Assembly: GCF_001194135.2 (NCBI RefSeq)
Contig: NC_068986.1
Coordinates: forward strand, 49,154,922 to 49,197,431
Direction of reading: 5' to 3'
DNA length: 42,510 nucleotides
Origin: Octopus bimaculoides
Taxonomy: Eukaryota
The notes below the pieces were generated by a model. That model did no database searches. It was not told where the DNA came from and was given only the letters and a program-made list of their open reading frames with translations. The position numbers were made by a program, and so were the translations under genes. This document shows positions 1 to 14,194 of this stretch, piece by piece; positions within the stretch are counted from its first letter, which is position 1, and each line of letters begins with the position of its first letter.

Positions 1-40
1 TAATAATAATAATAATATAATATTAATAATAATAATAATA

Positions 41-187
41 GTAACATCGATAGGAATGAGAACCCAGGTTCGAAATTTCCCCAAGACACCTGACGAAGGC
101 TGGAGGGTATATCAGCCGAAACGTTGTGTTAACAACAAACAAGATGAGGACGAATATCCGTCAAATGTAGATAATGTAAATAATGTA
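41..187 (+). mobile_element. 3'-terminal fragment of a Penelope-like element (PLE) carrying a hammerhead
   Basis: Starts right after a (TAA)n tract, contains the HHR at 85-130 and ends in an (AATGTA)-like tail. The PLE assignment rests on the established association of PLEs with minimal HHRs. Confidence 0.6.
85..130 (+). ncRNA. Minimal type I hammerhead ribozyme, core intact
   Basis: Stem I GACAC(85-89)/GTGTT(126-130); CTGACGA 90-96 plus an extra A; stem II GGCTG(98-102)/CAGCC(113-117); GAAA 118-121; palindromic AACGTT; cleavage triplet GUU. Confidence 0.8.
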
Positions 188-423
188 TGTATCCTTCTCT
201 TTAATGTTTGCATTGTTTTCTACTCATTCATCTTTCCGTTCAACCCTTGACTTTTTCTCTTTCTCTCTCTCCCTCTCTCCCCCTCCCCCACTCTCTCTCT
301 CTCTCTCCCCACTACTTTCCCCGACTATCTTTGTATGTGATTGATGTCGATATCTCCTCCTTATTCACAATCACTCTGAGACTTCCTGTAGCTCTTATAC
401 TGAATTTCTCACAAATCAGCTAA

Positions 424-890
424 ATGAATTATGAAAATTCTCTACTAACACCACAACCACCACCACCACCACCACTTCCAATACTATTACAGAAGCTACT
501 ACCATCATCACCGCATAGAACTACCACCACCATAACAATGACTACCACCAATATGATCCCGCCACAACCACCACCATCAGTATCACTATCAACGCCACGA
601 CTCTCACCAACGTCACAATAAATACCACCACATCAATTACTAACAGCACTACTGTTAATACTACCAATGCCAGAATTATCAACACCTCTAGTAACACCAC
701 CAATACTACCACCACCTTCAACTAACACCACGATAACTACCATGATCATCACTGCTCTTATTAACGCTACCACCACAACCACCACCACCACCACCATCAC
801 CATCACTACCACCACTGCCGCCGCCACCATCACCACCAGTGCCACCACTGCCAGCACCACTACTACCACCACTCCCACGACAATCTGCTC
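424..890. repeat. Cryptic trinucleotide simple-sequence tract (ACC/ACT/ATC)n
   Basis: Degenerate CAC/ACC/ACT runs. The Thr/Pro-rich and Val-rich ORFs here follow from the composition. Confidence 0.85.
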
Positions 891-1714
891 CCTGCTAGAA
901 ATAACGTTGTCATCTCTCGTTCGTGTGTCACATAGCTAGTTAGAGGCGATGGCCTCTTGGAGCTAATCAACGGCAGTATTCGTCCTATTTTTCTGGACTG
1001 TCATGTTAGCTTGGTGATAACTATTAATATACAGTACCGCTGCCGTAGTCGCCTTTAGAGAGACTTAGAAATATTAATATTTCCATGTCCTGTGTTTTAT
1101 AAAGGAAATATCTACTGGATAATGTATTCCTAACTATGCCGCATCTAAATATAAAAAAAAAGACAGGATGGGTGAAACTGCATAATGAGTACAAATGGGG
1201 TTATAGTGGCTGTGAATAGAACAACGGGAAATGATGCAAGATCTCCAGTGGCAGTGGTACTGTTTATCACTTCATAACTCTTTCTCCATATCTATACGCC
1301 ATCGACAGGTTCGGCTGATCGAGATATGCGTAGCAGTTGATATTTGTGAATCATTAGAAACCGCTGGTAGACAGAAGGTTTTCCGAACGATTAGGATTTA
1401 CAAAAATTTCTACTTCTGGTGGTAGTTTCAGTTAATAATCATTTCTTATGATAGAAGCCGCTTCTGACTGAAGTCTGGAACTGCATATCACAAACAGGGA
1501 GCCTCTTTGAAATACCAGACGAATTTCTATAGATTCGACAAACGACCAACACTTCAGCAATAGATCCAAGTTCCGGAGTACTATAAAAATGTGTGTATGT
1601 ATGTGTCTGAGAGTGTGTTGTTGTGAGGACTTTGTGTGTAAACAAGACTAACAAAATTAAAAGATCAAAAAAAGAAGAAATCAACTATGTGTAATCCTCA
1701 ATAACGAGACGTTC

Positions 1715-2890
1715 GAGGGCTGCTCATGGAAAAAAAAACACCCATAAAAAACAATGGGTACCCTGATTTTGGGGGCAGGTGACTTTTTTCCTTTCCTTTC
1801 TCCAACTACAGGCGTATGCTCAGGGTAGGCCCGTTCGCTCGCACCATTCTCGCCACTTTCAGCAAACTGGCTAGAAGACACTTCCATCTCTACTCTTATT
1901 TTCCTTTTCAAGTGAAACTTGAAAAAGTTAACCAAGGATTGGCCGAAAAGAAGAATGTTTGTCTACAGCCCCTTCAATCTCGTCCACCATACAACCTCTT
2001 TCGCCATGGACACCAGTCATCTAAAAACAGCCTTTCCCTCTTGGTTAAAGGAAGGGGGCTGGGCGCTCTTCCCGATGGATTCAGTTGACAGCTGGATCTG
2101 TCCCACACGCGACAGTAGGTGTTCGACATAAACCCACAGGTCAGCAATGCTCGGGTACTGGACGAGTGCATGCAGGACATGCTTGGCTAACGGCACTTCC
2201 GTGCCTGTAAAGTTTATATCGAACAGGTAAAGTTCTCCAGTAGCACTGCCAGGATAGAGATTTTTGGAAATTACCCATCGGTCCCAGCCCGAAAGTTCTC
2301 CAGGAAAGAGCGACTAGCTGATCTTCTTCGACGCCCAAGGTCTCCCCAAGAATGTCGTCGCACTTTTCTTCCACCAATCCTCTATAAATAGCTAAAGTCG
2401 ACGTTCCACCTATCGCACTGTCCGATTGGCTGAGGGCTGTGAGCACTTGAAGACATTCTACTTTCCAAATTCTCCCCCTCGGTCTCTGTCTTACCCATGA
2501 CTGCAGCCCTGTTAAAGAAATTAGCTGCGGAAATACCTCTGGCGAACGGCGACCACACCTGTTCACCGCCAAGGAAACACTAGAGATGTCGCAGCTTCAG
2601 CGCATATCTGCGTTTCACCAACCACGGCATGCTCAGGTCACCATGCAGCGGGTGCTGACAGCAGATAGACCGCCTGACCTTCGAGACGCGTCCCTTCCAC
2701 ACGAAGCGGAAGAGTATACGTTCCAGCATAATCAGCCGGTGGCCAGGACAAGGCACGACGGTCAAGCGATAGTAGATGACGGACACGATATACGCGTTAG
2801 CCACCTTTGCCCGACCTTTCAAGGATAGCTTCCCAATAATAATCCTTTCTATTATTGGCACAAAGCTTGAAATTTTGTGAGGAGAGTGCA
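1715..2890 (-). mobile_element. 5'-truncated L1-Tx1-like LINE (ORF2 C-terminal part plus 3' UTR), frameshifted
   Basis: Peptides ...KLSLKGRAKVANAYIVSVIYYRLTVVPCP...LFRFVWKG... (2580-2891) and ...LPVRYKLYRHGSAVSQACPAC... (zf-RVT-like, 2141-2572). The frame ending ARMVRANGPTLSIRL* stops at 1806-1808. Family call is from motif recall. Confidence 0.8.
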
Positions 2891-2891
2891 A

Positions 2892-3062
2892 GTCTATTAC
2901 ATCACTTCCAGTACTTGACTGGTATTATTACATCGACCCCACCGAAAGGAGGATAGGCAAAGACGATCTCAGCAGAATTTGAACTTAGAACGTAAGGCGG
3001 GAAGAAATACCGCTACCCATTTTCTTCGATGTGATATCGATTTTGCTAGTTCATTGCCTATA
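2892..3062 (-). mobile_element. tRNA-derived SINE, family A (partial)
   Basis: Reverse-complement match to the other family A copies in the window (gttctaagttcaaattc, ggggtcgat, accagt). Confidence 0.75.
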
Positions 3063-3139
3063 TGAGTTAACAAATAATACTTTTGATGAAACACACAGTT
3101 AAAGTGTGTTTTTGTTGATATTCCTGGAAGAGGTGTAAG

Positions 3140-4440
<1,301 letters not shown>

Positions 4441-4499
4441 TTGTTCTTTCTAAATACGCTCCAAATTACTGTAAAATACTATTTCTCAAGTTCATAGTT

Positions 4500-5100
4500 T
4501 ACGTTCTGCCTTTAATGCACACGCTCATTTTCACCTCTCTATGACAGCGTCAATTCAACGACATTTTTTGACAAATATATATCGTACAAAAGGGTTCAGC
4601 CATTATTTAATTAGTGCAATAAAGCTTTTGAGAAGACGAAGGCTTCCTTTACATTTAGCTATGCACTTCAGTCATTAGCCACTCGCCTTTAAAAAGTCTG
4701 AAATTCATCTTTCATCTCTTTATACTTTTGCCTTCTCATTCCTCTTCTTTAAGAAAATAACAGTGTTACATGGTGCTGGATCTCATTGCACTGAAAATGC
4801 CACTTTATTTCTTTGGTGCAGTAGCAATGGTTTTCAAATTTTGATTTTCCTACTAGGAAAGACTTGCTTGTAGTCAAAACATAATCCAACAACGCATAGC
4901 CTCTTCAACTATGCATAATTAACGGAATCACTCCAGGCTTATCAGCTAACGCTGGGCAGTAATAGAAACACATCGAATACTGCACACAGAAAATATCTAA
5001 ATCTCATTGGCACCATTTTCCACATCATACTTCACCATACGTTATTTTATTCGGTTATCGTCCACGCTGCACATGCTTCTCAACTATACTGCTTTATTCT
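4500..5100 (-). mobile_element. Highly decayed RTE-type AP endonuclease fragment
   Basis: Minus-strand LDIFCVQ (4980-5000), RNEK and YIFVKK (~4565-4583) in the expected endonuclease motif order. Confidence 0.45.
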
Positions 5101-5342
5101 CGCGTTGCTCTTATTCAAAATAATATATTACTTTGCTAGCAATATGTTGAATACTTTTGATATTCTGGCAATGCATCCATTTGCTTAGTGCCCTTCTCAG
5201 ACTCGTCTCAGTGTTCTGCTTTGCGACTCCTATCTTCGATTTCATTTCCAGGGTGGTCCAATGTATTTACCTCGCACTCCATTTCGCTTACGTCAACACT
5301 AGCACTGCTACATCATTCTGGGCCACACCAGAAGTAAGGAGG

Positions 5343-5344
<2 letters not shown>

Positions 5345-5378
<34 letters not shown>

Positions 5379-5438
5379 ATGCGTGTGTGTGTGTCCACAT
5401 GCGTGCATGCCCCTGTATGGTTAGTGTTCGTGTAGCTA

Positions 5439-5483
<45 letters not shown>

Positions 5484-5640
5484 TTTTAACTATTATATAC
5501 ACGTACATACATATATGTATGCACTAAGGCGATGATGTGATGCTAGAGATGATAACAACAACGACAATGATGATGATGATGATGATGATGATGACAACAG
5601 CGACGACGATGACGGCAATGGCGACCTAAAATGTGCCGTG
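5345..5640. repeat. Compound microsatellite (GT)n, (TA)n, (GAT/GAC/AAC)n
   Basis: Directly visible. Confidence 0.95.
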
Positions 5641-6525
5641 ACGACGGCAGCAATCAACGATTATCAAACGAGTAAATGAATTATACATTCATACATATAC
5701 AAATATATACACACAAGCTAAACTTCTCTCATATTCTTATATATATACATACATACATATATATTCTTATATTCTTATATACACATGCATACATATATAT
5801 ATATATACTAACACATAGTATACAAAGATATATACATAGATATACGGTTGTAGTTATATATATATATATATATATATATATACGCATAACATACATATAT
5901 NNNNNNNNNNNNNNNNNNNNNNNNNNNNNNNNNNNNNNNNNNNNNNNNNNNNNNNNNNNNNNNNNNNNNNNNNNNNNNNNNNNNNNNNNNNNNNNNNNNN
6001 NNNNNNNNNNNNNNNNNNNNNNNNNNNNNNNNNNNNNNNNNNNNNNNNNNNNNNNNNNNNNNNNNNNNNNNNNNNNNNNNNNNNNCTTATATATATACAT
6101 ACATATATATATACATATACATATATATATGTGTATGTGTGAATTGACTCTGTATGTGTGTTTTAGCGTGTGTGCATTACATTTTATTATATGCGCACAC
6201 AAAACATGAATAAAATGCATATATCATTTATGGTTGGGAGAAGGCTGGGTGGGAGTCCTCTTAGCACAAAGACGGATAATTGAGAAAAATCTATTTGTGT
6301 TAAGCATCTTTGACAACCACACACCCATATAGAGGAACGGCATGGTGCTTCGTGTTGCCTACATTCAACACTCTAATATTCAAATAGATCATTTTTCTTA
6401 ATTTTGCAAAAATATCATCATCCTGGTTTTAAATATGACGTATAAGCTTTTGACAAAAGTTATTTATTCATACGCAAGCGCTCACGCACACAAACGCAAG
6501 TACACACATATATGTATATATTTGA

Positions 6526-6562
<37 letters not shown>

Positions 6563-6669
6563 TATATGTGTCGTTATATGTATATATAAATAGATGTAGA
6601 CAGATAAGTAGATAGATGGACGAACGGTGAGTTGGAGCATATTTACACATATAAATGTATATTTGTGTT

Positions 6670-6717
<48 letters not shown>

Positions 6718-8522
6718 CATGCTCAAATGAGCACAGCTACATAAAGGCATAGTCATGCATATATATACATATATATATATATANNNNNNNNNNNNNNNNN
6801 NNNNNNNNNNNNNNNNNNNNNNNNNNNNNNNNNNNNNNNNNNNNNNNNNNNNNNNNNNNNNNNNNNNNNNNNNNNNNNNNNNNNNNNNNNNNNNNNNNNN
6901 NNNNNNNNNNNNNNNNNNNNNNNNNNNNNNNNNNNNNNNNNNNNNNNNNNNNNNNNNNNNNNNNNNNNNNNNNNNNNNNNNNNNNNNNNNNNNNNNNNNN
7001 NNNNNNNNNNNNNNNNNNNNNNNNNNNNNNNNNNNNNNNNNNNNNNNNNNNNNNNNNNNNNNNNNNNNNNNNNNNNNNNNNNNNNNNNNNNNNNNNNNNN
7101 NNNNNNNNNNNNNNNNNNNNNNNNNNNNNNNNNNNNNNNNNNNNNNNNNNNNNNNNNNNNNNNNNNNNNNNNNNNNNNNNNNNNNNNNNNNNNNNNNNNN
7201 NNNNNNNNNNNNNNNNNNNNNNNNNNNNNNNNNNNNNNNNNNNNNNNNNNNNNNNNNNNNNNNNNNNNNNNNNNNNNNNNNNNNNNNNNNNNNNNNNNNN
7301 NNNNNNNNNNNNNNNNNNNNNNNNNNNNNNNNNNNNNNNNNNNNNNNNNNNNNNNNNNNNNNNNNNNNNNNNNNNNNNNNNNNNNNNNNNNNNNNNNNNN
7401 NNNNNNNNNNNNNNNNNNNNNNNNNNNNNNNNNNNNNNNNNNNNNNNNNNNNNNNNNNNNNNNNNNNNNNNNNNNNGAAGATAATGTAAAATTCTGGCTG
7501 TCATTTAGCTAGAATAATGGCGACAGGAGCGAAAAATCAGTGAGCAGACGACACACTGTGATTTCGATAGACTACAAGAGCTAGTATTTTCTATGGTCAT
7601 CTCTCTCAATAAAAATGTGAAGTAATATTAAAATGAAGAGAGAAGGACTGAAATAAAGGAAGATTGATAGCAAATAACAAATGAAACGAAGAGCGATTTT
7701 AAAAGAGTGATATATATGTATATAATTTTTTTTTATTTATTTTCTTTGCAGTTTAAAAATACAACGAAAGGGTGATAGGAAGAAATAACAAAGAAATGAA
7801 GGAAATAGTTCTTTCTAGGCGTATCTTTAGCGATAGATTCGTTTCATTTTTCATACGTAGTCATTCCTTTATTCCCCATCTTCTCTTTACGTACAGTATA
7901 CTCATCGATATAACTATCTATCAATAGATTGCGTCTGTCAATCCAGTCAACCATATTATGTGTGTGTATAAGTATATGTATATATGTATGTATATATGTA
8001 TGTATGTATGTGTGTATGTATGTATGTATACGTATTTATTTATATACGCCTGTGTATACATATTTATATAGGTATGTGTATACATACATATATATGTGTG
8101 TGTGTGTGTGTACGTTTATGCGTGTTTGTGTGTATGTAAGCGTGTATGCGTGTATGTGTGTGTGTGTTAAGCTAGTTATCCATGAAGTTGAGTGTTCTTA
8201 ATCGACATGTCGTCTATCAACCTAACATTCGATCTCTATTTTTCTATTTATCTATCCACTTTGTTATACATGTACTTTTGCGCACACGCATGCACGCACT
8301 AATGCATGCACGCGCTAATGCATGCACGCACATATATCTTTCAAACTATCTACCCATCTATTTACCTATGAACTTGTCTCTTCCCATCTATTTATCTATA
8401 AGTCTATCTCTCTATCTAGTCATCTCCATACATACATACATACGCACACACACACACTCATACACACATACATACAAACATATTCATACATACAGTAGTG
8501 CATGTATATATACAACTCGTTA

Positions 8523-8561
<39 letters not shown>

Positions 8562-9702
8562 NNNNNNNNNNNNNNNNNNNNNNNNNNNNNNNNNNNNNNN
8601 NNNNNNNNNNNNNNNNNNNNNNNNNNNNNNNNNNNNNNNNNNNNNNNNNNNNNNNNNNNNNNNNNNNNNNNNNNNNNNNNNNNNNNNNNNNNNNNNNNNN
8701 NNNNNNNNNNNNNNNNNNNNNNNNNNNNNNNNNNNNNNNNNNNNNNNNNNNNNNNNNNNNNNNNNNNNNNNNNNNNNNNNNNNNNNNNNNNNNNNNNNNN
8801 NNNNNNNNNNNNNNNNNNNNNNNNNNNNNNNNNNNNNNNNNNNNNNNNNNNNNNNNNNNNNNNNNNNNNNNNNNNNNNNNNNNNNNNNNNNNNNNNNNNN
8901 NNNNNNNNNNNNNNNNNNNNNNNNNNNNNNNNNNNNNNNNNNNNNNNNNNNNNNNNNNNNNNNNNNNNNNNNNNNNNNNNNNNNNNNNNNNNNNNNNNNN
9001 NNNNNNNNNNNNNNNNNNNNNNNNNNNNNNNNNNNNNNNNNNNNNNNNNNNNNNNNNNNNNNNNNNNNNNNNNNNNNNNNNNNNNNNNNNNNNNNNNNNN
9101 NNNNNNNNNNNNNNNNNNNNNNNNNNNNNNNNNNNNNNNNNNNNNNNNNNNNNNNNNNNNNNNNNNNNNNNNNNNNNNNNNNNNNNNNNNNNNNNNNNNN
9201 NNNNNNNNNNNNNNNNNNNNNNNNNNNNNNNNNNNNNNNNNNNNNNNNNNNNNNNNNNNNNNNNNNNNNNNNNNNNNNNNNNNNNNNNNNNNNNNNNNNN
9301 NNNNNNNNNNNNNNNNNNNNNNNNNNNNNNNNNNNNNNNNNNNNNNNNNNNNNNNNNNNNNNNNNNNNNNNNNNNNNNNNNNNNNNNNNNNNNNNNNNNN
9401 NNNNNNNNNNNNNNNNNNNNNNNNNNNNNNNNNNNNNNNNNNNNNNNNNNNNNNNNNNNNNNNNNNNNNNNNNNNNNNNNNNNNNNNNNNNNNNNNNNNN
9501 NNNNNNNNNNNNNNNNNNNNNNNNNNNNNNNNNNNNNNGTATATTTCAGTATATATATATTTAAATACAGGCATACATACATACATACGTACGTACGTAC
9601 GTACATACATACATATATACATACATACATACATACATATATACATACATACACATTCACTCATATATTTACTTATTTTCATGTTATTTATGAGTTTTAA
9701 AC

Positions 9703-9873
9703 CTTTTCCGTTCTTTTCTCACTTCTTTTTCTCTGACACTTTCTCTCTGTCGTCTGCAGATTATCTATCAGTTTCTTCAAAAAACAAAGAACCAACTATT
9801 CCATTGGAAAATGATATTTGAACATTTAAATCACAATACTAGTTGAAAGAATGATTGTTTCTTGCGAAATAAA
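9703..9873 (+). other. Candidate splice acceptor and short terminal exon with poly(A) signal
   Basis: Long pyrimidine tract, branch-like CTGAC 9733-9737, CAG ending 9759, frame (D)YLSVSSKNKEPTIPLENDI* with stop at 9819-9821, AATAAA 9868-9873, then U/GU-rich sequence. No homology recognised. Confidence 0.3.
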
Positions 9874-10084
9874 CTACATAGTTTTTCAGTTTTGAAAATA
9901 TAGAAAGATGTCTGTTTTCAAATTGTGTTTTATCGTTAGATTTTTGACTTTTTATTGTGTTCTGCTTTTTGTCATATTTTTTTGTTCGTTTGTTTTGGTT
10001 TATTCCTTTGTTTCTATGTGTGCTTAGTTGAATTGTCAATACGAAAACAGACATTAGCACACGTAGATATATCTCCAACCCCTT

Positions 10085-10115
<31 letters not shown>

Positions 10116-10259
10116 CACAAAGACACAGATATATACACACACATATAGAACTAGAGACGCACAGGCATAATGAATATGTTACAGACGTGCGCATATACTT
10201 ACAAACGTATATGCATATATGTGTGTATGTATATATATATATATAACTACATATATCTA

Positions 10260-10456
10260 TATATATGCGTGTGTGTGTGTGTGTGTGTGTATTGATGGGT
10301 GTGTGTGTGTGCATGTGCGTAATATATATACACATACATAGAGAGAGAGAGAGGGAGAGACAGAAAGGAGAGAGACAGAAAACGGAGAGAGAGAAATATA
10401 GACTGATAGACAGACAACCACAGACAATCAGACAGACAGAGAGGGAGAGAGAGATG

Positions 10457-10495
<39 letters not shown>

Positions 10496-10560
10496 TAGAT
10501 AAACAGACAGATAGATAAACAGACAGACAGACACACTGACGGACACACAGGCACACTGAC
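10260..10560. repeat. Compound (GT)n, (GA)n, (GACA/GATA)n microsatellite
   Basis: Directly visible. Confidence 0.95.
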
Positions 10561-11213
10561 AGAGATTTGTGAATACATATATGAATTGGTGCAGCACATA
10601 TATTAAAAAAACGTATTTATCTCAACTTATGTGTGTCTCAACATGTGAGTTAATGCTTACGTTTATGTATATCTAAGGTTTACATGAAACAAGGATTCTG
10701 TTATATTTCCATTCCTCTGTATCTTGTATATTTCTTTCTTAACCCATGAATTATTTCAAATTCATTGAATATAAAATATAGATCCAGTATGTTTGATTAT
10801 ATGCATAACTTGCTACGCATAGTATGATTTGAAAAAGTGATTTTTGTTATGTTAGTTGGTAACGAATAACCAAACTTGTTGGATCAAAATTTGAACAAGA
10901 AACGAAGCTTTAAATGCACACACGTCTTGTACTCTTATAAATTGCCATTATATTCGCCGCTCTAATTGAGTAAGCAAGAGAAAAACATCTAATATACAGA
11001 AAATCTATCGTTCTATATCTTTCTATGCTTCTCACTCTACCCTTTTCTCCCTGTATATATATATGCATAAATACATATGTGTATGCATATATATATTGTA
11101 TTTGTATGTATATATATATATATGCATGCATACCTACTTACACACAAACATAGACAGAGACACTTATTCAGACTTATACACTCATACACAGACATATATA
11201 TATACATGTGTGC

Positions 11214-11258
<45 letters not shown>

Positions 11259-11563
11259 GATATGTGAATGTCTCTATATAAGCAATTGGATCTTTGATAT
11301 TTGCAGATTCATAGTCGCCATTAAAACCCGCTCTTTTTAAAATTTCATTCCGGTTTTCTTTCGTAATATCATTTTATAGTATCATTAATATAAATTATGC
11401 TAATAATGATGATGGTGATGAGGCAAAGAAGAGAAGGAGAAGCAACAAAAACAACAATAAGAATATTATTCAAAGATGACTTAAACTGATACAGGAAGAC
11501 TAAAAAAGAATTGAATAGTTTTTGTAAATAGGGTAAGAATGTTTCGCAGTAGCGTCACAGTCG

Positions 11564-11930
11564 AAGTGCGGAATCCTTGTAATGGACAAAGTGAAATATC
11601 ATAAAATGACGGAATAAATCTATCGAACGAAAAGATATTTGAGTTTGATACTGATGGTTGATATAAATATTTGATATAAATATATTGGTGTTTTGGAAAC
11701 TGATGGTATAAAAGATACAACAACGAAAGCATATTCGGGAAAGAATATTTCCGAAGAGTCAGAAAGATATTAATGTCCAAACACAGTAACATAAATATCA
11801 ATAAACATCACCACTACATAAGCTCAAGGGCAGCATCCATCATCAGACGAAAGGTTGGAATAACCAAATGGGCAAAACAAGATCTTGAAAAGGTAGGTAG
11901 AAAACAAGGAAATTACTGACAATCTACAGT
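11564..11930 (+). mobile_element. R4/Dong-like (RLE-type) LINE RT/thumb fragment, frameshifted
   Basis: KCGILVM...YKY(L/I)GVLETDGIK...EYFRRVRKILMSK...W(AK)QDLEKV.RKTRKLLTIY, typical of the R4/Dong RT C-terminus. Confidence 0.7.
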
Positions 11931-12974
11931 GTTTTTTTTTTTTTTTATCAGCAACAGACAGTGAAAGATACTATTTCAACAGAAAATAGGAACGGAGAAG
12001 ATTAATAAGCGAAAATGGGTGAGAATGTTCCCTCGGTTCTTGATCTTACTATAGATATCTACTAAGAAAAGGAAAGACACAGATTTGGCTTCTCATATAT
12101 TTACTCACTGCAGACGGATCTCAGATGTTCATATCGGTTTTACGCACAACACGCAACTTCTGTCTCATCTATTGACGGTGAAGAATGATCTCAAAGTCCA
12201 CCTGACTCTGGTCAAACTCTATCCCCAGACAGTTAGGCAAAAACTGCTGGGAAACCATGCGTACGTATTAAGAACTGAATGACAACCACATAGTCATCAT
12301 GAACTATCAAATACCTAATTGTAGCTTTCGTGCAACATCGCGCGTATGAGGCCCATTCGCACAACTTTTTCTCCGGTGGTAAGAAAACCAGACTTAAATT
12401 TTACTAAGCATCATTTACTTTTCACAACTGTAGCAATAGTCGAGCGCCATTTTTGGTGCTAATACACTGGTTGAGTATTTTCTGTGTTAATACATCGGTT
12501 AGAAAGTCTCTTCTAACAATGTCTTCAAAATTATTCAAATGCTCCAATTCTGAATATTTTTTCGCGATTGCTAGGAGGGACTGGTGTTATCGACAAATGC
12601 AGCACAACTTTTGATACTTTCTGCTCCGCACCCCATCTTTTATTGCATCCTAACTATCCAAATTTATGAAGGTGAGAAGCTTCAGGATATTTATAAGGGT
12701 TATCGGAATCTGTACTTTCATTTTGACCTTAGTCAAAACTCTGGTAAGGGGCTGGTTTCCAGTTAACAAACCATGCTTCTTCAAAATAATAATGAAAACA
12801 CATTTGACTGGTTACTTTCCTAGCTTTATCTTCGTTGAAACATAAAACCCCACCAACCTGGATTGCGTTATTTTTCTGATGTACCACTCAGAACCTAAAT
12901 GTCCTTCATGCATTTTTGACCTGTGCTGCAGTGTGGTTGGCAACCTTCTTGTTTTTATTTTGTATTACATATCT

Positions 12975-13195
12975 AAGGCGGCGAGCAGACATGATCCTTA
13001 GCACATCGTAAAAAAAAATACTTAGCGGCATTTCGTCCGTCTGTACGTTCTGAGCTCAAATTATGCCGAGGTCAACTTTAACTTTCATCTTTTCGGGGTC
13101 GATAAAAAAAGTATTAATCAAGTATTGGCATCGATGTAATCGACTTCCTCCTCCCCTAAAGTACTGCTGGCCCTGTGCCAAAATTTGAAATAATT
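12975..13195 (+). mobile_element. tRNA-derived SINE, family A
   Basis: aaggcggcgag head, B-box-like gagctcaaat, then cttttcggggtcgata...atcgatgtaatcgac...ggccctgtgcc. Confidence 0.85.
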
Positions 13196-13407
13196 TTGTG
13201 TGACGTATCTATTCTAAGTAGTTGTGCATTTTTGTTTATTCTATTTTTGGTCCCTCATAAAATTCATACCATATAATTTTGTCTGAAGGACTCTCATGTG
13301 TAACTAAGAGCTCCACCTCAAGGTATCTAACTTTGACGAACGGTGTTGCTTGGCTTACAGCGTGGCATCGAAGTTAACATTTTTTTTTTACAGAATATTA
13401 ACAAATA

Positions 13408-13564
13408 GGCGCAAGCGTGGCTATGTGGTAAGAATCTTGCCTCCTAACCACGTGGTTCCGGGATCAGTCCCACTTCGTGACACCTTGGATAATTTTTTTT
13501 CAACTGTAGCCTCGGGCTGACCAAGGCCTTGTGACTGGATTTGATAGACAGAAACTAAAAGAAG
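13408..13564 (+). mobile_element. tRNA-derived SINE, family B (5' part)
   Basis: ggcgcaagcgtggctatgtggtaag (A-box-like)...ggatcagtccc (B-box-like)...gccttgtgactggatttg. Confidence 0.85.
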
Positions 13565-13862
13565 GGGTTACAGATGACTAAGGAAACGGTGAAAAAAAAA
13601 TCAGCGTTTCAACTCTGTGTGAATATGTGTGTGTGTATGTAAAAGGGAGGTGTGTGTATGTGTGTGTGTGCGCGCGCGCGTGTATGTGTGTGCAATGGAA
13701 ATGAGATGGTGAACATTCAGTGCTGAAAAGAAAAATCAAACAGCATTTCAACTCAATTTGAGTATGTGTGTGCATGTACACGGGACGTATGTGAATGTTT
13801 GCATCTGTGATAATTATGTACCTTATTTTATACCTTATTTATATATAAAATACTACAATTAA

Positions 13863-13894
13863 CCGTCATTTTTGACGACACAGGGTCAGCTAGT
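13863..13894 (+). mobile_element. Possible Helitron 3' terminus
   Basis: Hairpin CGTCA-TTTT-TGACG (13864-13877) followed by CTAG|T (13890-13894). No matching 5' end found. Confidence 0.3.
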
Positions 13895-14133
13895 ATATAT
13901 ATAATATAATTTTACCAGATAGCCAGTACGGAAATAAGAACCTTTGAGGTAAATCTTTACAAATTATTTCATAATTATATACATAATTATAACAAGGGGT
14001 CAGCTATGTGCCTCGCTACGTACTGAATTAGAAATAGACGCTAAAGTCTTTTTTACTACAATAAAAGTCTCCGAGAAATAACACACTTTTAATATAGGCA
14101 AAAGAGAAATGATGAATCAACAAGACATGGTTA

Positions 14134-14194
14134 ATTATGAACGCGTTTCGAACTCAAAGTAAAACATATCACTTGCTGTTCTCATCAGCTTAAT
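14134..14194 (-). ncRNA. Minimal type I hammerhead ribozyme, core intact
   Basis: Minus strand: attaag CTGATGA gaac...gttc GAAA cgcg TT cataat. Stem II GAAC/GTTC, palindrome AACGCGTT, stem I 5/6 pairs. Confidence 0.8.

Noticed and set aside
424-939. Mucin-like Thr/Pro-rich ORFs
   Set aside because: Explained by trinucleotide simple sequence; several frames and both strands are open, with no splice or domain evidence.
1439-1590. Possible minus-strand exon after ttttatag (TPELGSIAEVLVVCRIYRN...)
   Set aside because: No convincing donor, no recognisable domain and no partner exons.
12085-12300. Possible RTE 3' fragment (HCRRISDVH...)
   Set aside because: Only a vague resemblance to the CLRRIL motif; too decayed to call.
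12341-12480. Possible mariner TIR start (tatgaggcccattc)
   Set aside because: No second TIR found.
12600-12960. Possible minus-strand endonuclease remnant (IIILK...GNQPLT)
   Set aside because: The GDFN motif could not be recovered; insufficient evidence.
13883-14006. GGGTCAGCTA repeated at 13883-13892 and 13997-14006
   Set aside because: A single 10-mer match with no extension; probably chance.
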